DNA of 64,000 bases from Phoronis australis (taxonomy: Eukaryota > Animalia > Phoronida): assembly GCA_002633005.1 (NCBI GenBank), contig NMRA01000003.1, positions 1,428,152 through 1,492,151 on the forward strand, given 5' to 3'. Of the stretch, positions 12,778-26,800 are shown piece after piece (within the stretch, counting starts at the first letter, position 1; each line of letters begins with the position of its first letter). The notes under the pieces were generated by a model, which ran no database searches, was not told the origin of the DNA, and saw nothing but the letters and a program-made list of their open reading frames with translations. The position numbers and the translations under genes are program-made.

Positions 12778-14598
12778 CATAGGCATAGGAAGTTTTGAAG
12801 GGGTACCTTTTGAATGTTACTGAGTTCCTGGTACACTGCTTAAGGGTGTGTTTCATAAACGTCGTTAATCTGATGCCCGGGATTTAGTGGGGGAGGTAAA
12901 TGGCACTCATCATACGAAACACCAATTTTTAGAGTGAGCCATTTCTGATTGGTGGCAAAAACCGCCCAGCGCACTTTGGTGTTTGAAGAAGAATGGATAA
13001 AGTTTTTTGAATTTCAGCCTGTACGGAGGTTCACTGAAACATTTATTTATCAATTACGTACAATAACGAATTCTCATAATAGTAAAAATATCGTGTATGA
13101 ATCAGTCGATTTTCGTAGACACATAATCGTGCAAATCAGAAACCTTGCTGGAAAAAACCTTGACGTTGATTCAACACATAGCAACACAAGGTAAAAAGTA
13201 AACGCTCGTGGATTACGAGCTGACTGCCCGTTGCTAAGTTGTAAGGCGTTTTTCAAATACGTAATTCACGGTATGGAAGTTTTAAATAATTCCCCAAGAG
13301 GTGCACACAGATTTCTGCAAGTGACGGGCAGTGGGAACAGCACGAGAGAGGGGGCACGGTGGCTTCGAGGGCTCTGCCTCAAGACATTTTCAGAATCTGT
13401 TCACGTTAGCGTGAATGCAGCTTTATGATAGCCTGTACAGGTTTATGTTTTTTATTTGTACTTCAAAACCCGCAGGAGTCTTTGACAGTACATGCACTTT
13501 GAGCACCCTCATTCGTGAGAGTGTACGCTGAGCACGGTAGTCAAAAATCCTGACAACCGGATCGACGAAGAGAGATCGTTCGTTCGTCTCTCCTCTTAAG
13601 TAATGGTTTCCTAATCTTCAAACTAAGTACTATTGTTGGAATTCTTCGGAAAACCGTAATTATCGTTTTAACGCGGCGACAAAATTGCCTTGGTGTAATA
13701 CACAAATAGTTATCAATGCATTTTTTGTTAGTTTGACGTTTTTGGTTGTTTGGACCATGTGTCTTGATGCTGATGAGCTTCTATTCAACATATTCATGAC
13801 CAATTGGAATTTTTTCTACGTCCCCTTCTAACCACTTGACTGAGCTGGTTTTATTAGTGACCCCCTTCTCAGAGGAGATTTCTTAATATGAAAGGCACGC
13901 AGCCCAAATACTCCAATATGAAGGGCTATATCATTTAAATTAAGTGGGAAAGATTAACACCCGATTTCATCACCGGGTCACCATCCTTAACATAAAAGGA
14001 AAAGAGAGGCACCGATTCCATCACTGTACCTCTATCTGTGTGTGACCCCTTAGGAAAAAAAGAATATAAATAAAAATCAGGAAAATGGTACCCGTGGATG
14101 TCATTAGCCGGCCCCTACAAGAGCTGGGATTCATGATTCATGTCAAATGATATACTAGTAAAAGACGGCAAAAAGGAGAGACAGATGACACCATTTTCCC
14201 ATTATCCCTTGAGAGAGAGGGGTAGAGGGGGGGGGGCTCTCAGGAGAAATGATACAGCACCACAAATCCTAAAAGTTGTCTTCTGAATCAATTTGTTCAG
14301 CTTGCGCGCGACAGTCTAGACCTGTACCATACAAGCCCAAATTGTCGCAAGTTGGATGTTGTGACAATTGGGACAGTACGCAAAAGAAACATACTGCATT
14401 TTATCTAAAACCTGGTATTTGACAAATGTTCTATAAAATTGTTGATTTTCTTTTACTCTCAACTGCCCTCCCCCCACCCCAGAGTGGCCATGAAAGTTTC
14501 ACTTTCAACCTATTAAATCTATTAATTATTGGGGGTGAGTACCCATCCCCTTCCTCCATTGGAACTTGTTCCCCCGTTCCCCGTTTCCTACGCCTATG
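12778..14598. mobile_element. 1.8-kb non-autonomous DNA transposon with 14-bp TIR and 5-bp TSD
   Basis: CATAGGCATAGGAA ... TTCCTACGCCTATG; flanks TGTAT/GGTAT; no ORF with recognisable motifs. Confidence 0.65.
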
Positions 14599-14637
14599 GG
14601 TATAGTCGCCGTAGAATGTTTCGAAGTTTGCAAGTTT

Positions 14638-14815
14638 CTATAGATTGATTAAACCCCGAACGGGATGCGACTTTTCGTCCAAAGTCGGAAAGTTGTTAAT
14701 ATGGAACTCGGGCATAGTAGTTGAGCAGGTCTGGAGGCGAAGTTGTTGATTGCCGGGCAGGCGGCGATACTTGAACATCACTTCAAAGTTGCACATCTCG
14801 TCCTGGTTTGTCACT
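14638..14815 (-). CDS. PHM-like terminal exon 11 (CuM Met)
   Basis: VTNQDEMCNFEVMFKYRRLPGNQQLRLQTCSTTMPEFHINNFPTLDEKSHPVRGLINL*; ttttag acceptor. Confidence 0.9.
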
Positions 14816-17800
14816 CTAAAACATTTGGGCAGAGCACAACAATGAGAAATTCGTAAGAACGGTTTCTGATATAGTCAGACTCTGGTGTATACTCGGAAAA
14901 CGGTATTTTTGTAAGTGTACCATTGGAAAACTGATAATGATTGCTGATTATTATATGGTATACGATGTCCAACGTGTCGATGGTAAACCAGTAAATCATA
15001 GTCAAAGGAATAGAAAGTCTACAAAAGGGGTACAACTAATTAAGAGTAACTGAAAACACCAAGTCTGACACCATTAGCAGCAGTAAATGAACAATTGATC
15101 AAAGCTATCCCCGAATGGTGAGCTCAATTGAGTCTAGGGGCTCGTTCCAAGAAACTGACTTATTTTTGACCTACAGTCTAAGATTTGTCTTAACTTCTAC
15201 ACATTGAAACTTCCACATCCGGCAAGTTAGTCGAATTAAAACAAAACGCAAATCGAAAACTTAAGATCTCTTCCTTGAAACGGACTTGAGGCAAACTAAA
15301 GTTTTGTCTTAAAATTGACTGAATTTTTTGAAGATTTGTATTAGCTGAGTCAACTTTCTTGGAACGGGTCCACGATGCCATTCAGTGATGGCCAAGTTCG
15401 GCAATGGCAAGACACTCTTCAATGGCCAATCTAAACTTGGTCACATTACTATGAAGAATGTCAAGATTAGTATAATGTCCTGTTACTATAGAGTGAATAC
15501 GTAGACTACTGTTGTCACTTTTAGAATACTCCTTTGCTCTTTGATCTAATCAACATAAAACTGTCCTTATTGGTAATTGAACCTGTACACAACGTTAGAC
15601 TTTTGTAGTACCAGGAAGCCATTACCTGGTAGTGTCTTCCTAGTAGTACAGCTATAATGGGTGCTGAAGTTTCTAGAGAAATGATAGCCTACAAGATGGT
15701 TAACGTTTTAGTGCAGCAATCAGTTCAATAGTTGGCATAAACTGATACACAATTATCAGTTTTCAAGAGATTCGGCCATAAACCAACATCCTAGTACACC
15801 CAAATGTAATCCAGTGGGTAGACCTACTTTCCAGTGGAATACGGGGCCTATGAACTCCGAAAATGCACCGTAAAATACATAATTAGTAAGCCAGAAAACT
15901 TGAAATACTAAATTGTGTGAATGATTTTTTTCTACAGCGCGTCACCTTTAATATTCGGGGAGATTATTTCATTTTAGTTGACAAACGCAAATTCAAAAGA
16001 AATGTGGCCGCAACCCATCAAGAACGAGAGATTTTTATATCTAAAATCACCAGATTTTATTCTGATTTTTTACAACATCGCATTTTTGCAGAAATCGCAT
16101 CTCAAGATTTTCTCATCACGACTTACCCAAAGGTCAAAGGGCGTGGACTGGCATTTCTTAGATGACACCGTGATGCCTAAATAAAAAAATCATTTCTTGT
16201 TCAAAGTAGTTGGCTTTATACAAGCACACATCATTTCAACAATAAACAACACTTATCGCAGATTTAACCGTTAGTGGTATGATGCGTGAAGGTAGGGAAG
16301 GCGATGCTTTTTCTTATTGCAAACGTTAGAAGTAAAAAAGTATGGATACGTACCAGTATATCACCCTTTCTAAATACAACGTTTGGCGTGGCAGATTTAA
16401 TATTGGCCTACAAATAAATATTAAGTGTTTTATAAGTGTATGCTCTCGTAGTCAGGGTTAAAACTATAGGTGATTGTAATCATGGTTTTCTACAAGCAGA
16501 GATCGGTGACACATGACTGATCAAATCTTAAGCGATTCGTTGGCATTATTCTTTGGCAAGCGGCATCTGAAGGGGCTTTATACATTCTTCCCTTCGTAGT
16601 TGTCAGCCGACAAACGTCGCATGATTTTCCATTCGGAACACCTCGAGTACGGTATGCTATTAGCCTCATTGCTCATTGCAATTGCTAAATCACGTGAATG
16701 CAAAGCGAATAACCATTTTATGTTCTTTGCTCGTCTTGGTCGTTCATTGTTATTAAATTACATGTATACTCCACGTGCACTACACCTGCTTGCCCTGTTA
16801 ATTTCGTGTCACCAGTTACGGCTTTCTAAGTCAACATCAAAATTTTCTATCGACTCCCTGTCATGGCTCCTGATCAGTGTCAAGACCTTGCGAAGAACTG
16901 ACTGTGAGTTTCATTATGACAACATTTCACATGATAGCTATTCAGTGCATGACTCGTTTACCGCTTGAAAACCCGATTTCGGTTAGCTAGTTTCTCATAA
17001 AAGCCGAGTCAAATTCAACGAGATAGAAAACAGTGACTAGGCCAGGATCGCGGTTTATTTTGCTTTAAAAATGCCTTTAAGTGCCGAAATGCCTTTTTGT
17101 TTTCTATGAGACTTAACCGTCAAAGAAATGAACTCGTCACTGAAACAAAATGCGTGACACAGTATATTACCTGAACAACAGGCGTCATCCTGCCTATTAA
17201 CGTCCATTTATCCCCCCTTACGTGAAAACCTTCAATTAAAGTTGCTGCAAAGATAAATGTACATCAATAGCTGAGCAGCCAAATAAACCGTGGTGACGTA
17301 ACTTGGCCAACCACCACCACTATCACCACCACCATCACCACCACCACCACCACCACCATCAGTCAAGGTAACTTACCGTATTTGGGAATGGTTCAATTTC
17401 AAATTTGTTTTGTGCCAATTCGCCATATTTGATTTGGTAAAACAGACGGCAGTCATCTCGGAAAGTGAGACGTGAATTATACAAGGGGATAAGGGGTTAC
17501 TCAACGTGGTCGAATACTCACTCCGTCATTTCCGGTGTAGCTTCACTTCCTTTGATCAAAAATTGTCTCAAAAGTTTAAAATGCCGCTTATAATGAATCA
17601 AATGTGCTTAACTCGTGTTCAAAAATGAAACATTCACTTTTTCAATTGCAGTAGCGGTAGCGAATGCAGCGGTAATAAAGACGGTGGTTAATGTTATTTG
17701 ATTTTTAGTCAAGATGACAACGAACATACGTTTGATTAGCAGTAAGTGTATTAGCAAATAAAGTTAAGTAATCACTGTGATGGAGAACGTTCCTATTTGA

Positions 17801-20800
17801 TAAGACAAAAATCACATATAAACTTTAAAGTGTGGGAAATTTAAAACAACTTAAATCGTTTACTGCACGTAATATAATTGGCATCATGCCAAAAGTTCAA
17901 TACCTCTACCTGCTTTATGGCTATGAACACTGTAACCTATGACCTCCACTTCCTCGTCACTCGTCCACGCGCAAGCACAGTCTGCGCCGTAATCTAATGA
18001 AGACAATCATATGTATTGCTGACATTTTTTTGATGTTGTAGATAATTGGTCTAATTAAACAAAATGTTATGTAATTTTATTGACTGGTGTATAATTAATT
18101 AAACATGTTTGCTGTTTATCAAAATTTGTAACCTCCTATGCGTGCATGGGAAGTAATTCACCACATGTCTTTTACCAGTTGTGGGATGTTTATAACAACA
18201 ACCTTGTTTTGCCGGTTGTGTTACTTTAAGTCTTTGAAACCTGTCAGCTTTAGGGTGAGGTTTTTGGACAACAACAATAATCTTGTCATTTGTCCATCAG
18301 ACTACTCAACTCTTGATTGTCCTGCACCATAATTGGTAATGGCTTGGGTTCATTGCTGGAGTCTACTAACTTTACTCAGAAAATTGTTTTGGAACCAGCA
18401 AATTTATTCAAAGAATTGTTTTGGAACTAGGTGTTGCGTTTTGGAAAAAGTTTGTGGGTTTTCATGTTTTGAAATATCTCGCCCACCTTTCTCATATTCA
18501 GTATGAATATCCTGTTAGCTACTCTAGAAGTCATATTGCTTAGAGAGAGGCTGCTGCTTGCTCCAAAAATATCACAGATACCCAGAGCGTTGGTTAAGAC
18601 ACAACTTTGTTTCTTGATGTTTCACTATTAACTTTGACTTGAGAAACAACTATTCTCAGTTCTTTGATTATTTGATTAAAGGCGAAGGCAACCTTTTTCA
18701 TGTCATTTTGAGCTAAAATAAGGTTGGTTGGTTATCATAGACATATTTTCCACTTAATTACAGCTTTTCGTAATTTTATTAATTACTCGTCCGCTACTGG
18801 GGAAGTGACGTTTTAGGAGGCAAGCATTTCGCGCCAATTTCTTTTCATATAGGCTGACTGTGAGAGCTGCCGAGTCAGTCATTGTTCTACCTCGGTTGTG
18901 TTAAGTTACGTCGTCGTTTGCTTTCATTTACTACTCAGTCAACATGCCACACTGTTGCTGCGTACTAATTATCGTCTCACGCGCGCTTTGGGAGTACCTT
19001 AGCATCGCTTTCCGATGGATGACAAACTTCGCCGTACTTGGCTCGTTAGTGTGAAGAACGCAGCGTTACCCGTCCACGCAACGTACAAAGCAGTCGACAA
19101 TTACCGTGTGTGTGGCAAGCACTTTCTGCCGTCCGATTACGAAAGGGATTTGTACGCTGAACTGATAAAGGTCCCTGCGAAACAACGCCTGAAGAAGGAT
19201 GACATTCCGTCTGTGTTGATTCCCGACAGTGCCCCGTCGCTACCCCCCGAGAAGTGCGTTTTTGAAGAGAGAAGCCTCGCGAGCTGTGGTCAGTACAGTG
19301 ACTGGAGCCCGTGGAGGCACTTCATCCACTGTCACCCGTGCCTCCGAACGTACCCCCAGACCGTGCCATTCCTGGAACCAGTAGTGATTCGCCCTGTGCT
19401 GTTTTCTCCAGCTCAGAGCCTCTAAGCAGCCCTGCAGCGATATTGAGTAGTGGGAGTGATTACAGGCCCAGTTCGACACCCAGTGAAGAGGACAGTTCGT
19501 CGTCCAGTGAACAGATCGGTGAGCCAAACTTTGATAAGTTTATTGTGGACTTGTCTAAAGTGTTGGAGCTATTTAGAAGGTGCCAGGTGTGTGGCGAGGG
19601 AGTCACACGACACGATGTAAGCAGTTTGGGTTCTCAGGTCACCATCCAGTGGGAGTGTGTCGCGGGACACTCTGGCAAGTGGGACAGTTGTTCCTCTGTC
19701 CGTGGTATGCCGGAGGTCCACTTAACCGTGTCCAGTAGTGGCTTGGCCTCGTAGAACTCTGAACAGACATAACAACACACACAGTGCATTTGCACCAAGA
19801 TGTGTCACCACGTCTGTCCTCAGTAGCCGCCTCGTTTCTCTCAACAGCTGCCTGTGCGTACTCTGCCTAGGGCTCAAACATGTACCCACCCACTGAATGT
19901 CCGTGAACAAGGTCTCCGTCACTCACACTACTCACTGTGATACGGGTCACCGACTCCAGCCATTTTCAGCTTACAACACTCTAAACAATCCCTAAATCCA
20001 ACGTATTTGAGTTCTATACTAACCTATCTTGCCGCAGAATACTCGCCGATGGAAAGTGGTGGCGACAATTGTTGAAAAACAGCACAAAACAAAAGTAGAA
20101 TAGAACAGATTCTCACGGTAAACTCAACGCAAAACCAAGTGGCGGGAAACGCTTGCCTCCTAAAACGTCACTTCCGGAGTAGAGGACGAGTAATTAATAA
20201 AATTACGAAAAGCTGTAATTACGTGGAAAATATGTCTAGGATAACCAACCAACCTTATTTTAGCTCAAAATGACATGAAAAAGGGTTGCTTTCGCCTTTA
20301 ATTCATAGAAATCGCTGTAACTACAAGTTTTTGCTAACTAGTGTTTACCAAATTGGGAGTTGATATAATATTATCAGACATGCAGTTTTCTGTATTTTAG
20401 TATGATGTATTTGGTACTTCAATTTCTATTAGAGGTTGTATTATCGTTATTAATTGTTTCAGGTTTAACCGTATTCTCAAACCGTATAACTTACATACTT
20501 GTACAATCATAAATACTCGCGTCGTATCGTATCTTAAATAAAGTTTTATGGACCGAAGTGTTACGGTATTATTATACGCGAGTAACCCGCTGGACCAACA
20601 ACAAGAACCAACAACAAGAACAAGAAAGACATCTAATGTGCGTTTGGATGCGCTACAATATTCTTTCAATATCATGCAAGAAAACTTATGGACGTAATAT
20701 TCAATTCCCGCAACCCTGATAGTTAGCTGGTAACCTCTGCAGCTGGTACCTGAATAACTTAAAGTAGCATTATTGGCGAGAAAAGTGGCTTCCTGCGATT

Positions 20801-23800
20801 GTCCCAAAGCGGAATCGAACTAAAAAAAGCAGTCGCAGTCCAACGCTTTGCTGACGGAGCTGAACCGCACTCGTTAAGTGCTAACGTATTTTAAGCATAT
20901 TTAAGGTCAACTAACCGGCCTTGATTTCAGCAACTGAGTGGCAGCCAATGGTGAAAATTGACAATATAATTACAAAAGCACAATGAATTTTGTTGTTTTA
21001 TAGCCCTGGCCAAAACTATTAACTTAAAAAATAAATTCTATCCAACCATAATCCAAAAATGCATTTTTCCCTAAACACGAGCGTGTCCCTTTAAAATGGG
21101 AGTTGTGATACCTCATTGGTTGAGTTGTTGTGCTGTAATCTCACCAGTCACTAGCCACGCTCGCTTGGGTCTTTCTGGGCCCGATCCGTTCGTTAATGCG
21201 GTTTATGAAAACGGTTTGAATCCTCGGTATTTAGTTGGCCAAAACGAACAATTAAGCCACTTATGGTTATAAAATCGATCTGCTTTTGTGATAGGATTTG
21301 AATTCCATTTCCAACAAGAACATCCAAAACCCAAAATTGCGATTTCTAAAATGACGCGTGTGTCCATTGATTCGGTACTAATTGATAACCGGATAAGTGT
21401 GGTAACGTTTTTAAATCCCAAAGTGCTTCAATTATGAATTCAAACAACTTAACAATGGCAAAATGCTCTTTTAAGCAGTTCGAGTTTAATGTTTCATTCT
21501 TATGGAAATCACGGGGTGTCAGCTATGGCGGGCCATATACGACATTTGATGAAACCGAATCAATAAATGTGTTGCACGAGCCAAGACCGTAGAGAGACTT
21601 AACGTCTTTGGTAGGAGCCTACCTTTGTTGACAAAAAGACGAAAGAGAGTGCCTGTGCACCAGCTATCGCATAAAAGAGTGTAACGTAAATTTCACATAA
21701 AACATATAGGTCAATATTTTGAAAGCTTTTCTACATTCTGATTTTTGATTGAAATCTTACTTGCAAATTGAAATGTCGGACTTTTAAAGCATAAAACTGT
21801 AGTAAAAGACTTTCTCATCTTTTGTCTGCAAACTCACCTGTTTGCCATCCGGGCACACTGCCAACAATGGCGGTGACAAAGAAGCCAGCGCTGTATGGTT
21901 TCCTGAAACAAAATATCTCCACCATTTTTCCAGGGATCGTGAATTGTCCATTGATGTATGTAACTAAAGCTGCTTCATATCTAATCAGTGCACCAACCAT
22001 GTTACTTGACTTCTTTCGAAAACTAAATTTTGACTCCAACCGCGTGAGCTAGTCAGGGCTCAATACGTGCAGTTTAACCTCCTAGTCATATGCGTCGAAA
22101 GTATAGCGCCAGGTAGTATTAGTACATTCCATTCAGTGTTCAGTCTCAGAACCAGCATGTTTGGCCACGCTTATTGCTATGGGCTCACTTAAAAGGGTAT
22201 CAAACCGGGTTTTGGACTATTAATAGATATAAAAAGGGCGTTCCCATCTAGTCTTCAGAAACAAAATGTTCAGTAACCCTCGACAACAATCAAATATTTC
22301 TAGCAAAATTTGAAAAGTCCTTGGAAAGTCTGCTGAACGGGCAAGCGTGACTCACGTTTTAGGCGAGTTACCCGATAACTGAAAGGAAAGAGCATCTATC
22401 AAGTACCATAATATCCTGTGTTTGACAAAAACACTTTGAGTTTTAGTTGAATCCTGCTTTTATCACTCAAGTTGGGCGCCAGTGGTGTATTAGTAAGTGG
22501 CATAACGAGCACTTGGTTGAAATCGCCAAATCAGGGTTTAGTATCCCTTTAAATATGACTGGCATCTGGTCATACCAACTGACCCTGTTCTAGAGTAATA
22601 ACCGGCTCTAGTTTCTTCTAGAGCCCCGGTAATAATCATTTGAAATCTGTTTAAGCGACTGATTCAGGCCATTTTTATAACTTTAGTGGTTTAAAGTTTT
22701 TTCGACAGAGGGCAGGTACGCATAGTCATTGTAATTAGGCTAGTATTATCATACTCGCCCGGGCTCTCATTTTTGTGTTAACGCCGACCTCCGAAATCTC
22801 CAAATTTTCACTTCAAAGTACCCATGCTAGGCGTAACGCCCACCCGTGAGTGTTGAGTTCTATAATAAGCGCACTGGTTGTTAACCCGGGCGAGTACGGT
22901 AGTTACACTGTCGCTAGAGAGCGTTGTTTAAAGGAGAATGCTACCCGATTTAATTAGTCTTTTTTACCGTCTTAATCGGTCTATGTCCACATCGCCTCTT
23001 ATACGGTCGACCTCACCTTGCCGAGAGGAGTCGCGTTAACCTGTGAAGAAGGTGAGAAACGACGCAGCGACGTCAGTGGTTCGTCTTCAGAGTGAATGCC
23101 GCTATTTTGCGGTGCATCGTTCCCGCTTGTCCGAACTATGAAGCTGCGAAGAAAGCAGGTATATCGCTTTTTCGACTTCCTCGAGAGCCCGAAATGCTTA
23201 GGAAGTGGCTCGTGGTAATGAAGAATGAAAGGTATGCTGTTAATAGCAAGTATGAGGCCGTGAAACATCTCCGTGTCTGTGGCCGGCATTTCGTCAACGG
23301 TGATTTCTCTGACGACTTCCGGCTTACCAAAGAACAATCCATACGTTCCATTGCCTGTGCATGTTCACGGCGCCTCTTTCGATCTTGATCAGTGTATTGT
23401 GGTTCGAACTGATAGCCTGTGAAACCTAACGATCTGACCCGTGAAGTCTTCGTCGGATGAGCTTCACTAAGTCGGAATTGCCGCCGGGTGATCGAGTTGC
23501 CATGTAGACGTTTATTATTCTGCGTTCTGTTTCAAAATGAATTATTCTATCCTAAAATGATCCTAACCAATGCTTATATGAAACTTAAACAAAGACTGTC
23601 TCATTAGATACAATTTGTAATGCCTTGGAGTGCTCGTGAGTGCAAATGTTTTGAGAAGCCAGCAATGAATAAACCACCGCGTTTCCGGGTTTGATGCCGG
23701 CAACAAAGGTAATTGACCGGGCACCGAGGCAGTGTGAGCGTATGCTAATTCAGTGTTTGCTGACAGAAAGCTGTTGTGAAACAATTACTCGATTTTATAT

Positions 23801-26800
23801 GCTATGGTCGCATTTTAAGGGAATCTTTATTTAGAAATACAAATACATTATTCAAATCATTGTTACTGTACAACCTTTGCTCTGACTGTCTGTGGAAGGG
23901 GAACCCGACTTCGCGGCCCCCGACAAGTAAGTAGATTTTCAGTTTCGTGGCTAATTCGCATAAATAATTACGTGCACATTATTTCCTTGGTTCACTATTA
24001 TAGTATTTTCGTGACTGGAGGTTTAGTTTTCAACTCAAGCTTGTTTATGTTCGTGCCAGTCCCGGCGGCCGCGACGGGCCTGATCGGGTTCCGAGCCACT
24101 GACCGGGATAACGAGTCAGTCCGGCCGCGACTTGCCTGATCGGGTTCCGAGCCACTGGCCGGGATAACAAGCGTTTTGTGTGTTTAGAACTCAAAATATC
24201 ACAAGTATGAACAACACAGATCTAGGTTTTCTTGTTTTATTTTTCACGGAAGAATACTTCGAATTTATCTCCGAACAGACCCCAAACTCCTCCTACGAAC
24301 CTTGGTAAATTGGCCTGCCGAACTTCATTGTAGGCTACGGTGTGTCGAAATATCAGTAAATCCGTAACAGCGAAATAAAAAACACGTTTTTACAAGAACT
24401 CTGTGTATTTTTAAGGTTTTACATGGGAATTTGATGATTTACTGGTGTTAAACGATGAATTCAAGCGATAAGCTGACACCACTAACCCGTGATGTGAACT
24501 GCTGAACAGAATACGTGTGAAACCAATTACGTCAGTCATTGGATAATTTCAACACCTCCGTCTGCCGTCAGGGGTCAGGTAACGCAACCGAACCTGCCGT
24601 TATCGAGTAGAACTACTTAATTTAAATGGATACAGAATAGGTTGTTTTTTGGGTGGCATTCTCCTTTAAAGCGGCTATAAATCCGCGTTTCGTTCAAAAA
24701 GTGAGCTTTTGATTTAGACCACTTACCGCAATAGAATTGTTCTCAACTCGTTCCTTATCGTAATTTTCCGTAGATCAGCCCACACGATGAAACGTTCATG
24801 GGCGTTTATTTGGTGTTAAGACTTCTAGTGTTAAGTGTCCTGATAGTGGGACGTTTATTCGGAAATTTTCCTCTTAAAAGCCCACTCAGCGTCAACTTTA
24901 GTCACAAATTCAGTTATGTGAAGCATTTATCATTCATGAAAACGAACAAAATTTTGGCAAACCCATAAGGACAGTTTCACTTATTAAAATACATATCGCG
25001 CTTCATGCTGGCATTTGCGTAACCAAAACTATGACAATCCGCTCAGGCGCCCGGGCGTTTATTTGGTGTTACTAAAACGCTTAAAAATTTCCATTTTCCC
25101 AATACATGCCCATGGGCTTATCTACGGAAAATCCCGGTACTTAGATCAGAAGTGATTTCGAGTTTTCAAAGAACTGACAGTTCTATAATAATAATTCTTA
25201 AGACAGTGATTGACGCACAAAATGACACGCTGTGACAAGCCAACTTGCCGAACCTCGGTCTCAAGCAATAGCAAGCTGTCAGTTCTTTCGAAATTCTGAA
25301 ATCACCTCCAGTTTAATAATACAACAATTTGAGACCAATTTAATAACGACAGGTGGTCTAAATCAAAATGTTGATTTCGTGATGGAAGTTATACGTGTGA
25401 ATGATTCGTGGCCGCTTCAATCTGCCCTCTTCACTGCGTACGGATAAAACTTCAATAAAGGTGAATAAAAATAGCAGAGTTCGTTGAAAACGATACGACA
25501 TTCGTTGCTGGATAACTTTCTGCATTTCTCGTATTGTCTAGAAGTACCTTTTGAGTGCTGATCGCATCTGTGCAGTAGCTCCCGAGCGACATAGTGTACG
25601 AACAAGGATAAAGAAATTGTTTTTAAAATTATATTAAACCGCAGTCTTTAAATGTACACTTCATTCATCGAAGGCAAGAAATAAAATGAGAGCTCAGTGA
25701 GGAGTGAGACATCATATCATAGTATAGGTCATGACATAACAAACCAACAACGAATGTCGTTTTTAACGAACTCTGCACCAGAGAATACTGCCGGGGTTTT
25801 GTGTACATGTTCAAAATACAAGTATTCCAGTTAAAAAGCGACTCACGGTGTAGGAGTCAGAAATATGCGCATGCCCGAGTTATCGGTGGCTCCTCCTTGT
25901 ATAGGTCCAGCGTAATGAACTTGAATGACGATATATTGCAACTGCGACCGCCCTCCTATTTCGATACCAACATCTGAAAGACAAGCCAAGAAAATGAAGC
26001 ACGTCATCTGGACAACAGAAAGGAGACCTGTGTGAAACGTGTTCAACCTGATAAACAGCACTTATTAATCATACAATCAGGCATATTCCCAAAGTCGTGA
26101 TCATAACGATTTTCAGTGGGGTTCTTAAAATGAATTGCAGTGTGAAAACCCGTACACTATACCACACACTGTGAGGATTTCTCTATTTTGTTAACTCCAG
26201 CTGTGTAATGCAATACCTGGGGTAGATGCAGGATTTTTCGAAAGGTTAGGTCGGATCAAGGATTTTTTTTAAAAGACGAGGTCCAAGTCAACAAAGTGAA
26301 AATTCTAGATTTGATATCACTAAAATCTTTTTGCTAATGTCTATCATGTTCCAAAAGTCTCAGTTCACCAAATCTGTCTCCTTCTATCGTTCATTCACGG
26401 AACTGGACAATGTCGAGCTTTTTCAAGTGAAAATACTCCATGTGGTAACATCGGGATATACCGGTAACAACAGTAAATACAGTATATGTTGCGAAGTAAG
26501 TAGCACGGCCTTATCACCGCGTAAAAATAATAAGGCTTCTATTCATCGTCATATCTCCGTTCTTTATATGACACTGCCTGTCTATGGTGTACGTCTCACC
26601 ATCGGGATATCTCCACTTGGTAATGTCGACCCCGTAAGCACTCCACCCCCAGATGACGGCTGCACTGTCCTTGCATTCATTCCCTGCGTAACATGTCCTG
26701 GAATAAAAGACGATGAGCTATTCCTTTCGTATGGCAATTTTGATTTTCACATCAAACACGGTTTACAGTAGGAGGGTGATTTTATCAAAACTGTTTTAGT

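Noticed and set aside
15627-15688. AG/GT-bounded open segment in the last PHM-like intron
   Set aside because: It hits a stop in the required phase; exons 10 and 11 join directly to give FGVTNQDEMC.
21622-21652. Candidate PHM-like micro-exon (GTLFSSFCQQ)
   Set aside because: Weak acceptor and incompatible phase; exon 17993-17910 already supplies this region.
23092-23388. THAP ORF as a domesticated host gene
   Set aside because: Frameshifted, multi-copy and enclosed by TIRs and TTAA; a transposon relic.
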